A stretch of DNA of 64,000 bases. Source: Eggerthellaceae bacterium (GTDB lineage: Bacteria; Actinomycetota; Coriobacteriia; Coriobacteriales; Eggerthellaceae). The DNA lies in contig JAXJZF010000007.1 in the NCBI GenBank assembly GCA_036306585.1, positions 55,990-119,989 on the forward strand, written 5' to 3'. The position numbers and the translations under genes were made by a program. The notes under the pieces are model-generated. The model saw nothing but the letters and a program-made list of their open reading frames with translations. It was not told the origin of the DNA and did no database searches. Below, one piece after another: positions 9,636 to 18,045 of the stretch; the stretch's first letter is position 1, and each line of letters begins with the position of its first letter.

Positions 9636-10634
9636 ATGGACCTGAACCTCGTCCATCTGAAATATCTGAGCACCGCCATCAAGCTGTCCAGCTTCACCGA
9701 AGCGGCCGGCCAGCTGCACGTCAGCGCGCGTGGCGTGTCGAAAGCGGTCAAGCAGATCGAGCGCGCCTTTGGGGTCCCCTTGTTCACGCGCTCGGGCAAC
9801 ATGATCGCCCCCACGGAGTTCGCCCAAGCGCTCGAGCCGCGGATCGAGGCGATCTTGGCCCAGGTGGATGAGCTCGTCGTCTTCGCAGAGACGCTGCGCG
9901 GCGCATCGGACAGCGGGAAGCAGCTGTTCGTCGGGGTGGCGAACTCCCCCCTGCGCTGCCAGCTGTTCTCTCCGGAAGACCTCGGAGCCCTGGCGCATGC
10001 CCACCCCTCCCGACGGATGCGCATCCGCTTGATGGGCAACGAGCTATGCGCGTCGGCGCTCAAGATGGGCCTCGCCGACGCTGCTATCGTGTTCGGATCC
10101 ATCGACCGCGCCGATATCGAGTGCCGAGCCATCGGCGATCTGCGTATCTACGCTGCCGTGTCGCATGATCATCCTTTGGCTCAGCGCAGGCGCTTGAGCC
10201 TCGGCGATTTCGATGACCGCCTCATGGCGACGCCAGTCGACGAGCGGCTCGTTCTCCCGCTTCTGGCGAGCGTATGCCGCCGCTGCGGCATACGCCCCCG
10301 CTTCATGAAAATAGGGACGGACCCCGCTTCGGCGAAGCACTTCATCCGCCATGGTGGATTGGTGCTAGTGGCCGGGACGACGCTTCGCAGGGCGCAGGCA
10401 GAAGGCGCGACGGCGATTCCCTTAGACGACGATCGCTTCGCCATACCGTTGAATCTGGCGTACGCAAGAAAAGAAGGCGGGCAGATGGCACCGCTGCTCG
10501 CCCAGCTCGCACGCTGGAAAGACCTTGATCAAAGAGGGGCCTTCCGTCAGGCGAGCCCCCTGAAGAACTCCTCAGGCGACACATCGAGTCCATCGAGGAT
10601 CTTGAAGAACGATCCCATGCGCATATCGAGCTGA
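9636..10634 (+). CDS. LysR family transcriptional regulator
   Basis: MDLNLVHLKYLSTAIKLSSFTEAAGQLHVSARGVSKAVKQIE = LysR wHTH, followed by a substrate-binding domain. The upstream part of the track ORF is an Arg-rich artefact. Confidence 0.85.
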   Translation: MDLNLVHLKYLSTAIKLSSFTEAAGQLHVSARGVSKAVKQIERAFGVPLFTRSGNMIAPTEFAQALEPRIEAILAQVDELVVFAETLRGASDSGKQLFVGVANSPLRCQLFSPEDLGALAHAHPSRRMRIRLMGNELCASALKMGLADAAIVFGSIDRADIECRAIGDLRIYAAVSHDHPLAQRRRLSLGDFDDRLMATPVDERLVLPLLASVCRRCGIRPRFMKIGTDPASAKHFIRHGGLVLVAGTTLRRAQAEGATAIPLDDDRFAIPLNLAYARKEGGQMAPLLAQLARWKDLDQRGAFRQASPLKNSSGDTSSPSRILKNDPMRISS

Positions 10635-10762
10635 CCGCGCTCGATCGCCGAAAGATGGCTCTTGTTCAAACCGGTCATCAACGCGAAGCGTCGAAGGCTC
10701 AGCCCCCGTTCTTCCCGAAGGGCTCGAATGCGCACGCCGATTGTCAGAGCCGAAACCCCCAT
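10547..10762 (-). CDS. XRE family HTH transcriptional regulator (71 aa)
   Basis: IGVRIRALREERGLSLRRFALMTGLNKSHLSAIERGQ...DVSPEEFF is a typical Cro/C1 HTH. Start at MGVSA. Confidence 0.75.
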   Translation of the reverse strand: MGVSALTIGVRIRALREERGLSLRRFALMTGLNKSHLSAIERGQLDMRMGSFFKILDGLDVSPEEFFRGLA

Positions 10763-10835
10763 GCGAACCAGCCTATTGACACCGATCGCTAAGCTGTACG
10801 CATAATTGCGTACAAGAAAGCCGATTGGAAAGAAA

Positions 10836-11033
10836 ATGCTGAATTTAACCGAAGAGCAGATGATGCGGCTCGAAGCGTGCAAACGCGCCGCACGGAGCTT
10901 TTTCTCGACCTTCCCCGATACCGGCGATCTGCAGGAGGCCCAGCGACTCTTGCAGATCGAGATGGGCAACTGCGCCGAGCTGGCGCGCGACGGGGGCGCC
11001 GGTGCGCCCGCCCCCGAGCCGCCGCGGGGATGA
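10836..11033 (+). CDS. Small hypothetical protein (65 aa, helical, Cys-containing)
   Basis: MLNLTEEQMMRLEACKRAARSFF... has strong GC3 bias in this frame, but only a weak RBS (GGAAAG). Confidence 0.4.
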   Translation: MLNLTEEQMMRLEACKRAARSFFSTFPDTGDLQEAQRLLQIEMGNCAELARDGGAGAPAPEPPRG

Positions 11034-11136
11034 CGGCCGCCGACGATCCGCCTGCGACGGGCGGCGGTGAAGTATACTGCCCTTGACGCATTGCAAAAGC
11101 GCAGGACGCTGCGCCGGAACCAGTAGAAGAGGATCC

Positions 11137-11340
11137 ATGGACTTCAATCAGATATATCATTTCCTGTTCCAGACCTACGCGGGCATCGGCTGCATGGTAG
11201 GCGCCGGCATCGTGATCTGCCTGATCGCGTGCGTCATCATGGAACGCCGCACGCGCAAGCTGTTCGTCGACCGCCCTAAGTCCGAGGACGAATGGTCGCT
11301 GTTCGACGATGACGACGATGAGAACGACGGCGGAAAATAG
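11137..11340 (+). CDS. Small membrane protein with acidic C-terminal tail (67 aa)
   Basis: MDFNQIYHFLFQTYAGIGCMVGAGIVICLIACVIM + ...DEWSLFDDDDDENDGGK. AGAAGAGGA RBS, with a TATACT -10 about 60 nt upstream. Confidence 0.55.
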   Translation: MDFNQIYHFLFQTYAGIGCMVGAGIVICLIACVIMERRTRKLFVDRPKSEDEWSLFDDDDDENDGGK

Positions 11341-11442
11341 CCTTAATTTTCCGCCCTTTTCCGAAAACAACCCTATACTTGCCCTAACCGCACCACCCGA
11401 TCGGCACGGCGCGCTTTGCGCATGCAGGAAAGGAAACAAGCG

Positions 11443-12339
11443 ATGACCAACGATTCTTCATCGGCATCGAACGCTCTCTACGCCCGCCAGGACGGCTACA
11501 TCCCCCGCATTGCCGCCGTCCACGACCTGTGCGGCTATGGGAAATGCTCGTTGGGCGTGGCCATCCCCGTCCTCTCGGCAGCAGGGTGCGACGTATGCCC
11601 CGTGCCCACGGGGCTGTTTTCCAGCCACACGGCGTTTCCCGGCTGGTACATGCACGACACCACCGACATCCTGCCCGATTACCTGAACGCCTGGAAGGGC
11701 ATTGGAGTCGAGATCGACGCGGTGTACTCGGGCTTTTTGGGGGCGCCCGAACAAGTGGACATCATCCGCGGCATCTACGAGACCTACCCCGACGCCCTGC
11801 GCGTGGTCGACCCGGTCATGGCCGATCACGGCAAGGTCTACCCCACCTACACCCCGGATCTTTGCGATGCGATGGCGCAGCTCGCAGCCGATGCCGACAT
11901 CCTCACGCCCAATCTCACCGAAGCCGCCATCATCCTCGGCGAGCCCATCGGCGACGACTGGGGCGGCGTCGATATCAGCGAAGCCGAAGCAGGCCGGCTG
12001 GTGGACGCCCTCATCGCCAAGGGCGCCAAGAACGTGGTGCTGAAGGGGATCCAGCGCGAAGGCGAGAACATCATCCGCAACTACGTGGGCGGCACCGCAT
12101 GCGACCTCACCGAAGTGCACAATGGCTACCTGCCCTACATGCTGCACGGCACCGGCGACCTGTATTGCTCGGCCCTGATGGCGGCAATTATGTGCGAGCG
12201 CAGCCTCCCGGAGGCCGCGGCATTCGCCGGAGACCTCGTGCACGACGCCATGATCGTGAGCGCTAAGCAGCCCAGTTTCCAAGACCGCGGCGTAAGCTTC
12301 GAGCCGCTTTTGGGGAAGGTGTGCGCGCTATTGGGCTAG
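11443..12339 (+). CDS. pdxK: Pyridoxal/pyridoxamine kinase (ribokinase-like PdxK/PdxY family)
   Basis: IAAVHDLCGYGKCSLGVAIPVLSAAG...VYSGFLG...VVDPVMADHGK...LTPNLTEA...GTGDLYCSAL. AGGAAAGGA RBS. Confidence 0.85.
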   Translation: MTNDSSSASNALYARQDGYIPRIAAVHDLCGYGKCSLGVAIPVLSAAGCDVCPVPTGLFSSHTAFPGWYMHDTTDILPDYLNAWKGIGVEIDAVYSGFLGAPEQVDIIRGIYETYPDALRVVDPVMADHGKVYPTYTPDLCDAMAQLAADADILTPNLTEAAIILGEPIGDDWGGVDISEAEAGRLVDALIAKGAKNVVLKGIQREGENIIRNYVGGTACDLTEVHNGYLPYMLHGTGDLYCSALMAAIMCERSLPEAAAFAGDLVHDAMIVSAKQPSFQDRGVSFEPLLGKVCALLG

Positions 12340-12373
12340 CCCGTTGCGCTCGCAAGCAAAAGAGAACAGGCGC

Positions 12374-14281
12374 CTAGCGCCTTTCGACGGCCCCGCTTTC
12401 GGGGCCGTCTTCGTGTCGGGGGAACGTCCAAGCAAACGCAGCCACGATGGCGGTGCAGGCGAGGATGGATGCGAGCTCGCCCGCTTCGGGGGCGAAGGAG
12501 GCGCCGGAGGTCGTAACGCCGTGTGCCGCGCACGTTGCGATCAGCAGCACAGCGCCCGCGACGACGGTGCCCGCCGCAGCAAGCGCCCGCGCGCGCCTCG
12601 AAGCGAGCAGCGCGCACGCGCACGCCGCCACGATCCACCCCGCCGCGCAGATCCACGTGCCGGGGTCCATCGCCACGGCAACCGCCCGGGCGTTCAGCCC
12701 GAAATTCGAAAAGCCCCAAAATGCCGGCGCGTTCCAGCCCGCCATGGTCCCGCTGCCCAACGTCGCCAGGATGCCGCAGGAAAACGCGTCGAACGCCGCG
12801 CTGGCTGCCGCCTGGAGCGGGCGCAGCGCGCAGCCCGCCGCCAACGGTGCGACGGCAGCCCCGCCCAGCGATCCCGCTAGCGGGCCCGCCAGCGCGATGT
12901 TCGCCTGAGCAGTACCCCGACGACCGACGAACCACCACCACGACCCCGCTGCAAGCACCAGCAGGCACCCCTGGGCGAGGGCGCCGTTGGCGATGAGTGC
13001 CGCCGCAAGCAGGGCGTAGGCGGCCAACGCGCCTGCAGAAGGAACGATCGCCGCCAAGACGCAAGCAAGGGCGAGCAGCCCCCAGAACAGCGGGTTGCCA
13101 ACGCCGGACGCCCCGGGCAGATGGGAGAGCCCCAGCCCGGCGAGAAGCATCGTCCCCGCCACAGCGACCATGCGTCCCGCGATCTTGCGCGGCAGCGCGC
13201 CAACGCGCTCATCGAGGGGGATGCGCGCGGCGCGCGGGAGCGCGGGGCGCGCCGGGAACTCGTCCGGATCCTCCGGCGCATCCGCCATCAGCGACGCGAG
13301 CTGCCGCCTGCCCTGTTTCGGGTCGCCCAGGAATTTCCGCATCTCCTCTGCAAAGTCGGCCACGGTGTCGTAGCGCTCCTCGCGGTCGGGGTCCAACGCG
13401 TAGAACAGCACGTCATCGGCCTGTTCGTCGAGATCGTCCCAGCAAAGCGAAGGCAGCACCAGCTCGGCTTCCTCCACCGCTTCCTCGGCGTGCGCCAGCG
13501 TGTCGGCCAGGAAAGGGTTCTCGCCGGCAAGCATCTCGTAAGTCACCGACGCCAGCGCCCATTCGTCGCAACGCGCGTCCAGCAGCTCGCCGCGCATCTG
13601 TTCGGGCGGCATGTAGCCGATGGTGCCACCCGCGGCCGACCCGAACCCTCCGGCGCCGGCGAGCCTCGCCAGGCCGAAATCGGTCACTTTCACCTGCCCC
13701 TTGCGGTCGATGAGGATGTTGTCGGGCTTTATGTCCAGATGAAGCACCTGGTTGGCGTGCGCGACCTCCAGGGCCCGCGCAACCCCATCGAAGACCGCGG
13801 CGACGATATCGAGCGTCAGCTCTTCCCCACGCTCGCCCATGAGCTGGGCGAGCGTGGGGCCCTCAACGTACTCCATGATGAGGTAGGCGGTGTTTCCCTG
13901 GACTTCGAAATCGTATACCGACACGATGGAGGCGTCGTTGAGCAGCGCGGCGGTGCGAGCCTCATCCAAACCAGGCACGTGCAGGTACGCCCGCACCGCG
14001 GCAGCGTAATCGTCGGGGGCGCCGGTCACCTCAACGCCGTCGGAGGCGCCGATCGGCTGGGTCTCCCACCCTTCCATCCCGCCCAGGCGCACCGTGCGCT
14101 GGGGGTCGCCGGAGCCGGCAGGACCCGCCCCGGCGAGGACGAGGTCGTCGAGCGAGATGCATTTGATGGCGACTTTGCGCTGGATGCGCGTATCCCACGC
14201 CACATGGACCGTGCCGAAGCCTCCCGACCCTGCTTCGGCAAGGGGCGCATAGCGATTGAGTATGAGCCGGCTTCGTGACAT
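12374..14281 (-). CDS. Ser/Thr protein kinase (non-RD) fused to a polytopic Ala/Gly-rich membrane domain
   Basis: GSGGFGTV, VAIK, HLDIKPDN (HLD in place of HRD), DFG, GTIGYMPPE. The C-terminal ~290 aa form about 8-10 hydrophobic segments by eye. Confidence 0.85.
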   Translation of the reverse strand: MSRSRLILNRYAPLAEAGSGGFGTVHVAWDTRIQRKVAIKCISLDDLVLAGAGPAGSGDPQRTVRLGGMEGWETQPIGASDGVEVTGAPDDYAAAVRAYLHVPGLDEARTAALLNDASIVSVYDFEVQGNTAYLIMEYVEGPTLAQLMGERGEELTLDIVAAVFDGVARALEVAHANQVLHLDIKPDNILIDRKGQVKVTDFGLARLAGAGGFGSAAGGTIGYMPPEQMRGELLDARCDEWALASVTYEMLAGENPFLADTLAHAEEAVEEAELVLPSLCWDDLDEQADDVLFYALDPDREERYDTVADFAEEMRKFLGDPKQGRRQLASLMADAPEDPDEFPARPALPRAARIPLDERVGALPRKIAGRMVAVAGTMLLAGLGLSHLPGASGVGNPLFWGLLALACVLAAIVPSAGALAAYALLAAALIANGALAQGCLLVLAAGSWWWFVGRRGTAQANIALAGPLAGSLGGAAVAPLAAGCALRPLQAAASAAFDAFSCGILATLGSGTMAGWNAPAFWGFSNFGLNARAVAVAMDPGTWICAAGWIVAACACALLASRRARALAAAGTVVAGAVLLIATCAAHGVTTSGASFAPEAGELASILACTAIVAAFAWTFPRHEDGPESGAVERR

Positions 14282-14367
14282 GGCGTACAGTATAGGGGTT
14301 TTCGGCCCCTTGCGGGCGCGGACGCGATTCGGTATACTGCATGCTTGCGCTTCGCAAGAAGCCGTGT

Positions 14368-14443
14368 GCCAACGTGGCTCAGTTGGTAGAGCAGCGCACT
14401 CGTAATGCGCAGGTCACCGGTTCGAGTCCGGTCGTTGGCTCCA
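14368..14443 (+). tRNA. tRNA-Thr (anticodon CGT)
   Basis: Hand-folded cloverleaf: acceptor GCCAACG/CGTTGGC, anticodon stem GCGCA/TGCGC with loop CTCGTAA, T-arm ACCGG-TTCGAGT-CCGGT, encoded CCA. Confidence 0.9.
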
Positions 14444-14452
14444 CGCATGCAC

Positions 14453-14486
14453 AGGCCGTCGGTTTTTCCGGCGGCCTTTCGCTTTT
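14453..14486. terminator. Intrinsic terminator between tRNA-Thr and the convergent usp gene
   Basis: AGGCCGTCGG-ttttt-CCGGCGGCCT hairpin followed by TTCGCTTTT. Confidence 0.7.
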
Positions 14487-14496
14487 CAGGGCGCCG

Positions 14497-14973
14497 TTAG
14501 TCGGCCGCCTTCGCCACCAGCACCGGAACGCTCGCCTCGCGCAGCACGTAGTTGCTGACGCTTCCCAACATCCCGCGGATTGCCCCGAGGCCGCGCGAGC
14601 CCATGATGATGAGGTCGCAGCCGTTATCCGCCGCGTACGAGACGATCTGCGATCCCGGCGACGTTTCCTCCAGAAACTCGATGACCACCCGATTCGACAG
14701 CCCCTCCAAGATGTCGTCGATCTGGCGATGAACCGCCTTGTCGGCCTCGTCGATGACGCGCTGGAGCAGCTCGCGGATATGCGTGGAAGGCACATCGCTT
14801 ACAGCCCGTGACTCCTTCTCAAGCAAGGCGGCAACCGCGGTTTCGGTGTCGAGGATATGGACGATGCGCAGCGTCATGCCCGGATCCTCCCGGGCGAACC
14901 GCACCGCCTCCTCGAGCGCCGCGCGCGACGACGGCGAGCCATCGTATGGAACCATGACGTTGTCATAAAGCAT
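14497..14973 (-). CDS. Universal stress protein (UspA family)
   Basis: VMVPYDGSPSSRAALEEAV...DLIIMGSRGLGAIRGMLGSVSNYVLREASVPVLV. Confidence 0.9.
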   Translation of the reverse strand: MLYDNVMVPYDGSPSSRAALEEAVRFAREDPGMTLRIVHILDTETAVAALLEKESRAVSDVPSTHIRELLQRVIDEADKAVHRQIDDILEGLSNRVVIEFLEETSPGSQIVSYAADNGCDLIIMGSRGLGAIRGMLGSVSNYVLREASVPVLVAKAAD

Positions 14974-15246
14974 GCGAAGCCCCTTTCGCTCCGCTGCGGT
15001 GACGCCCGCAGCGTCCCTTTCCCCCTTTTTCTCCTTCGAACATTATACCGATGAGCGGGCCCGCGGGGCGCCCATCCCGCAACATGCCGCATGGTCCGAA
15101 AGCGGCCTTCGCGCCGCCCGGGAGCCGCACTTGCGTTAAGTCGGCGGAACTTAGGTGAAAATGCGTGTCCGCCACGCCTGTTTGTGGCAAGATGGAACAT
15201 CGCATGGATATGCACACCATCCGGAAAGATTCGATAGGAGACGTTG

Positions 15247-16323
15247 ATGGGCTTCCTCTCTAAATTCGAAGGAAAAATGGAAGACACCGTCGAAGGAGCC
15301 GCCGACAAAATGGGACGCTCGCCCATCTCGCCGGTGCAGATAGCGAAAAAGGCCGAGAAGCAGATGAAGCGCGAGAAGATGGTGGGCGCGGGCAAACAGT
15401 ACGCCCCCACCCTCTACACCGTGCTGGTGAACGCCGACGACGACGAGCGGCTGTTCGGCTACTACCCCACACTCGCGGGTGAGACCGAAACCTACCTCGC
15501 CGCGAAAGCCGCCGAGCAGGGTTTGGTGATGGACGGGCAGCCGTTGGTCCGCTTCATCGTCGACGACGAGCTCAAGCATGGGAAGTTCGACGTCATCGCC
15601 GAAGCGGTGGCGGCGCCCATCATCGCGCAGCTGCGCGCCGAAGAAATGCAGCGCTACGGGCTTGCCCCCGAGCCGCAGCGCGCGCACCGCCCGCAGCGGC
15701 CGGTGCGTCCCGCAGCCGGCGGCTACCGGCCCGCACCGGCGCCCGCGCGCTACGACGAATACGATCAGGACTACGATCGATACGACGGCTACGGCCAGCA
15801 GGGCTATGACGATTACGAGTTCGGAGCCGCGCCCGCCCCTGCGGGGGTCGACCGCCGCACCGCGTTCAACGATGAGCCGGCGGGCGAAGCCGATCTGCTC
15901 GCGGCACCCGCTGCTGCGGCAGGCGCCGGCGCCGCAGCAGCGGCACCCCGGCAGCAGCGCGCTGCCAACACCGTGGTGTTCGCCGGCGGGCAGGCGGCAG
16001 CCGAAGCAGCGGTTGCCGCGGCATCGGCGCAGCCCGAGCCCGCACGCCTGATCGACACCACCAACAACCGCGCCTACAACCTCGCCGCATCGCGTCTGAT
16101 GGTGGGCAGGGAGTCGAAAAACGACATCGTGGTGTCCGATATCAACGCCAGCCGCTCGCACGCCGAGCTCACCTGCGATCCCCAGGGCATCTGGCGCATT
16201 ACCGACCTGGGCTCCACCAACGGCACGCTGGTGAACGGCTTCCAGGTAGCATCGCAGGAGCTCGAGGAGGGCGATCGCATCACCATCGGCACCACCAACT
16301 TCGTGTTCACGTACCGAGGATAA
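15247..16323 (+). CDS. fhaA: FhaA: DUF3662 + FHA domain protein
   Basis: N-terminus MGFLSKFEGKMEDTVEGA...SPVQIAKK...PTLYTVLV, a Pro/Ala-rich linker, and a C-terminal FHA domain (GRESKNDIVVSDINASRSHAEL...GSTNGTLVNG). AGGAGA RBS. The track start at 15244 is a TTG. Confidence 0.9.
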   Translation: MGFLSKFEGKMEDTVEGAADKMGRSPISPVQIAKKAEKQMKREKMVGAGKQYAPTLYTVLVNADDDERLFGYYPTLAGETETYLAAKAAEQGLVMDGQPLVRFIVDDELKHGKFDVIAEAVAAPIIAQLRAEEMQRYGLAPEPQRAHRPQRPVRPAAGGYRPAPAPARYDEYDQDYDRYDGYGQQGYDDYEFGAAPAPAGVDRRTAFNDEPAGEADLLAAPAAAAGAGAAAAAPRQQRAANTVVFAGGQAAAEAAVAAASAQPEPARLIDTTNNRAYNLAASRLMVGRESKNDIVVSDINASRSHAELTCDPQGIWRITDLGSTNGTLVNGFQVASQELEEGDRITIGTTNFVFTYRG

Positions 16324-16335
16324 GGTCCGCTTGCC

Positions 16336-16749
16336 ATGATCGACATCGTATTGCTCATAGGCCGCCTCCTCTTCGTCGCGCTGCTGTATCTGTTCCTGCT
16401 CGCCATCATGCGCACCGGGATCGGCCTGGTGCGCGGCCAGCGAAAAAGCGAGCGCGCCTGGAGCATCTCCGTCGAGCGCGGCCCCAAGGAGCTGCGCGGC
16501 GTCTCCATCGTGGTGCGCGGCCCCGTCATCGTGGGTAGAAGTCCCGGCGCCGACATCGTCGTGGGCGCGGGCTACGTTTCGGCACGGCACGCGCGCTTCT
16601 CGCTGATGGGCCAGAACCTGTTCGTCGAGGACCTGGGCTCGACCAACGGGACCATGGTGAACGGCCAGTACATCCAGGCGCCCACAGCCCTCAACAGCAA
16701 CGACACCGTGACCATCGGCGACGTGGTCATCCGAGTGAGGCGTTCGTAA
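16336..16749 (+). CDS. fhaB: FhaB: membrane-anchored FHA domain protein
   Basis: N-terminal TM helix + IVGRSPGADIVVGAGYVSARHARF...GSTNGTMVNG. Confidence 0.9.
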   Translation: MIDIVLLIGRLLFVALLYLFLLAIMRTGIGLVRGQRKSERAWSISVERGPKELRGVSIVVRGPVIVGRSPGADIVVGAGYVSARHARFSLMGQNLFVEDLGSTNGTMVNGQYIQAPTALNSNDTVTIGDVVIRVRRS

Positions 16750-18045
16750 ATGGCACGCGCGAAACGCTCCTACCGTTCCACGGCGCGCTCCCGCCGCGGC
16801 GCCATCACCGAGTTCGGCAGCCGCACCGACATAGGCTGCGTGCGCGATCATAACGAAGACAGCCTGGTGGTCGCCCCGCCCCTGTTCGCCGTGGCGGACG
16901 GCATGGGCGGGCACGCAGCGGGCGAGGTCGCATCGGAAATCGCGACCACGGCCCTTGCCGACCAGGCCCCGAAGGAGCCCGATGCAGAAGCGCTGGGGCG
17001 CGCCATCGAAGCGGCGAACCACGCCATCATCGAAGCGGCGCGAAACGGCCTGGGCCGCGAGGGAATGGGCACCACCTGCACCGCCGCCATCCTGAAAGGT
17101 GAGCGCTTGGTCCTGGCCCAGGTCGGCGACTCCCGCGCCTACCTGCTGCATCAAGGCAAACTGCAGCAGCTCACCCGCGACCATAGCCTGGTCGCCATGA
17201 TGGTGGAAGCAGGCCAGCTCACCCCCGAGGAAGCCCGCGTCCACCCCCGCCGCTCGGTCATTACACGCGCCCTGGGCACCGACCCCGCCACCAAGCCCGA
17301 CCTCTACGAATTGGACGTCGAAACGGGGGACCGCCTGCTTCTGTGCTCGGACGGCCTGTCCGGCATGGTGGAGGACCGTGACATCGAAGCCATCATGAAC
17401 CGCACCGCAGACCCGCAACGCTGCGCATCGCAGCTGGTCAACGAAGCCATCGCCGCAGGAGGCAACGACAACGTCACCGTGATCGTCGCCGATGTGACGG
17501 GGCAGCGGGAAGCGAAACGCCGCAAGATGGCCCTGAAAACCAAACTCGGCGTGGCGGCAATCATCGTGATCCTCATCGCGCTGTTCGCCGCCGTCGCCCT
17601 CGGCGCCAACGCCTTCGTGCGCAACTCCGCCTACCTCGCCGAGGACGACGGCAACGTGGCCATCTACCAAGGGCTCCCCGAGCCGTTCCTGATGTTCTCC
17701 TATTCCGAGCTGGTGGAAAAGACCGATATCCCCGTCGATCAGCTCTCCCCCGGCGTGGCCAGCCGCATCCGCGAAGGCATGCGCGTCGACAACGTCGATG
17801 CCGCGCGCGCGTTGGTGGAAGACTACCGCGAGCAGCTCGACCCCGATAACCAGCAGACGCCCGCCGACGCGGATGCCGCCTCCACGGGGGATGACGCCGA
17901 TGGGAGCTCGTCTCCCGGCGCAACCTCGTCGGGAGATGCCGCGGCCGAAAACGAGCTGTCCTCCGGCGGCTCGCCGCACCTCGGCGCCACCGGCTCCAAC
18001 GCCGTCACGCCCGACGACGTCGCGCGGGAAGGGAGCGGCGCATGA
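16750..18045 (+). CDS. pstP: PP2C-family Ser/Thr phosphatase (PstP/Stp)
   Basis: RDHNEDS...ADGMGGHAAGEVAS...LLLCSDGL...GGNDNVTVIV, then a TM helix and an extracytoplasmic tail. Its ATG directly abuts the fhaB stop. Confidence 0.9.
   Translation: MARAKRSYRSTARSRRGAITEFGSRTDIGCVRDHNEDSLVVAPPLFAVADGMGGHAAGEVASEIATTALADQAPKEPDAEALGRAIEAANHAIIEAARNGLGREGMGTTCTAAILKGERLVLAQVGDSRAYLLHQGKLQQLTRDHSLVAMMVEAGQLTPEEARVHPRRSVITRALGTDPATKPDLYELDVETGDRLLLCSDGLSGMVEDRDIEAIMNRTADPQRCASQLVNEAIAAGGNDNVTVIVADVTGQREAKRRKMALKTKLGVAAIIVILIALFAAVALGANAFVRNSAYLAEDDGNVAIYQGLPEPFLMFSYSELVEKTDIPVDQLSPGVASRIREGMRVDNVDAARALVEDYREQLDPDNQQTPADADAASTGDDADGSSSPGATSSGDAAAENELSSGGSPHLGATGSNAVTPDDVAREGSGA

Noticed and set aside
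15151-17979. 942-aa ORF on the minus strand, the longest ORF in this region of the track.
   Set aside because: It is antisense to fhaA, fhaB and pstP, which carry clear domain motifs. Its translation is a Gly/Arg/Ala/His-rich low-complexity string typical of shadow frames in high-GC DNA.
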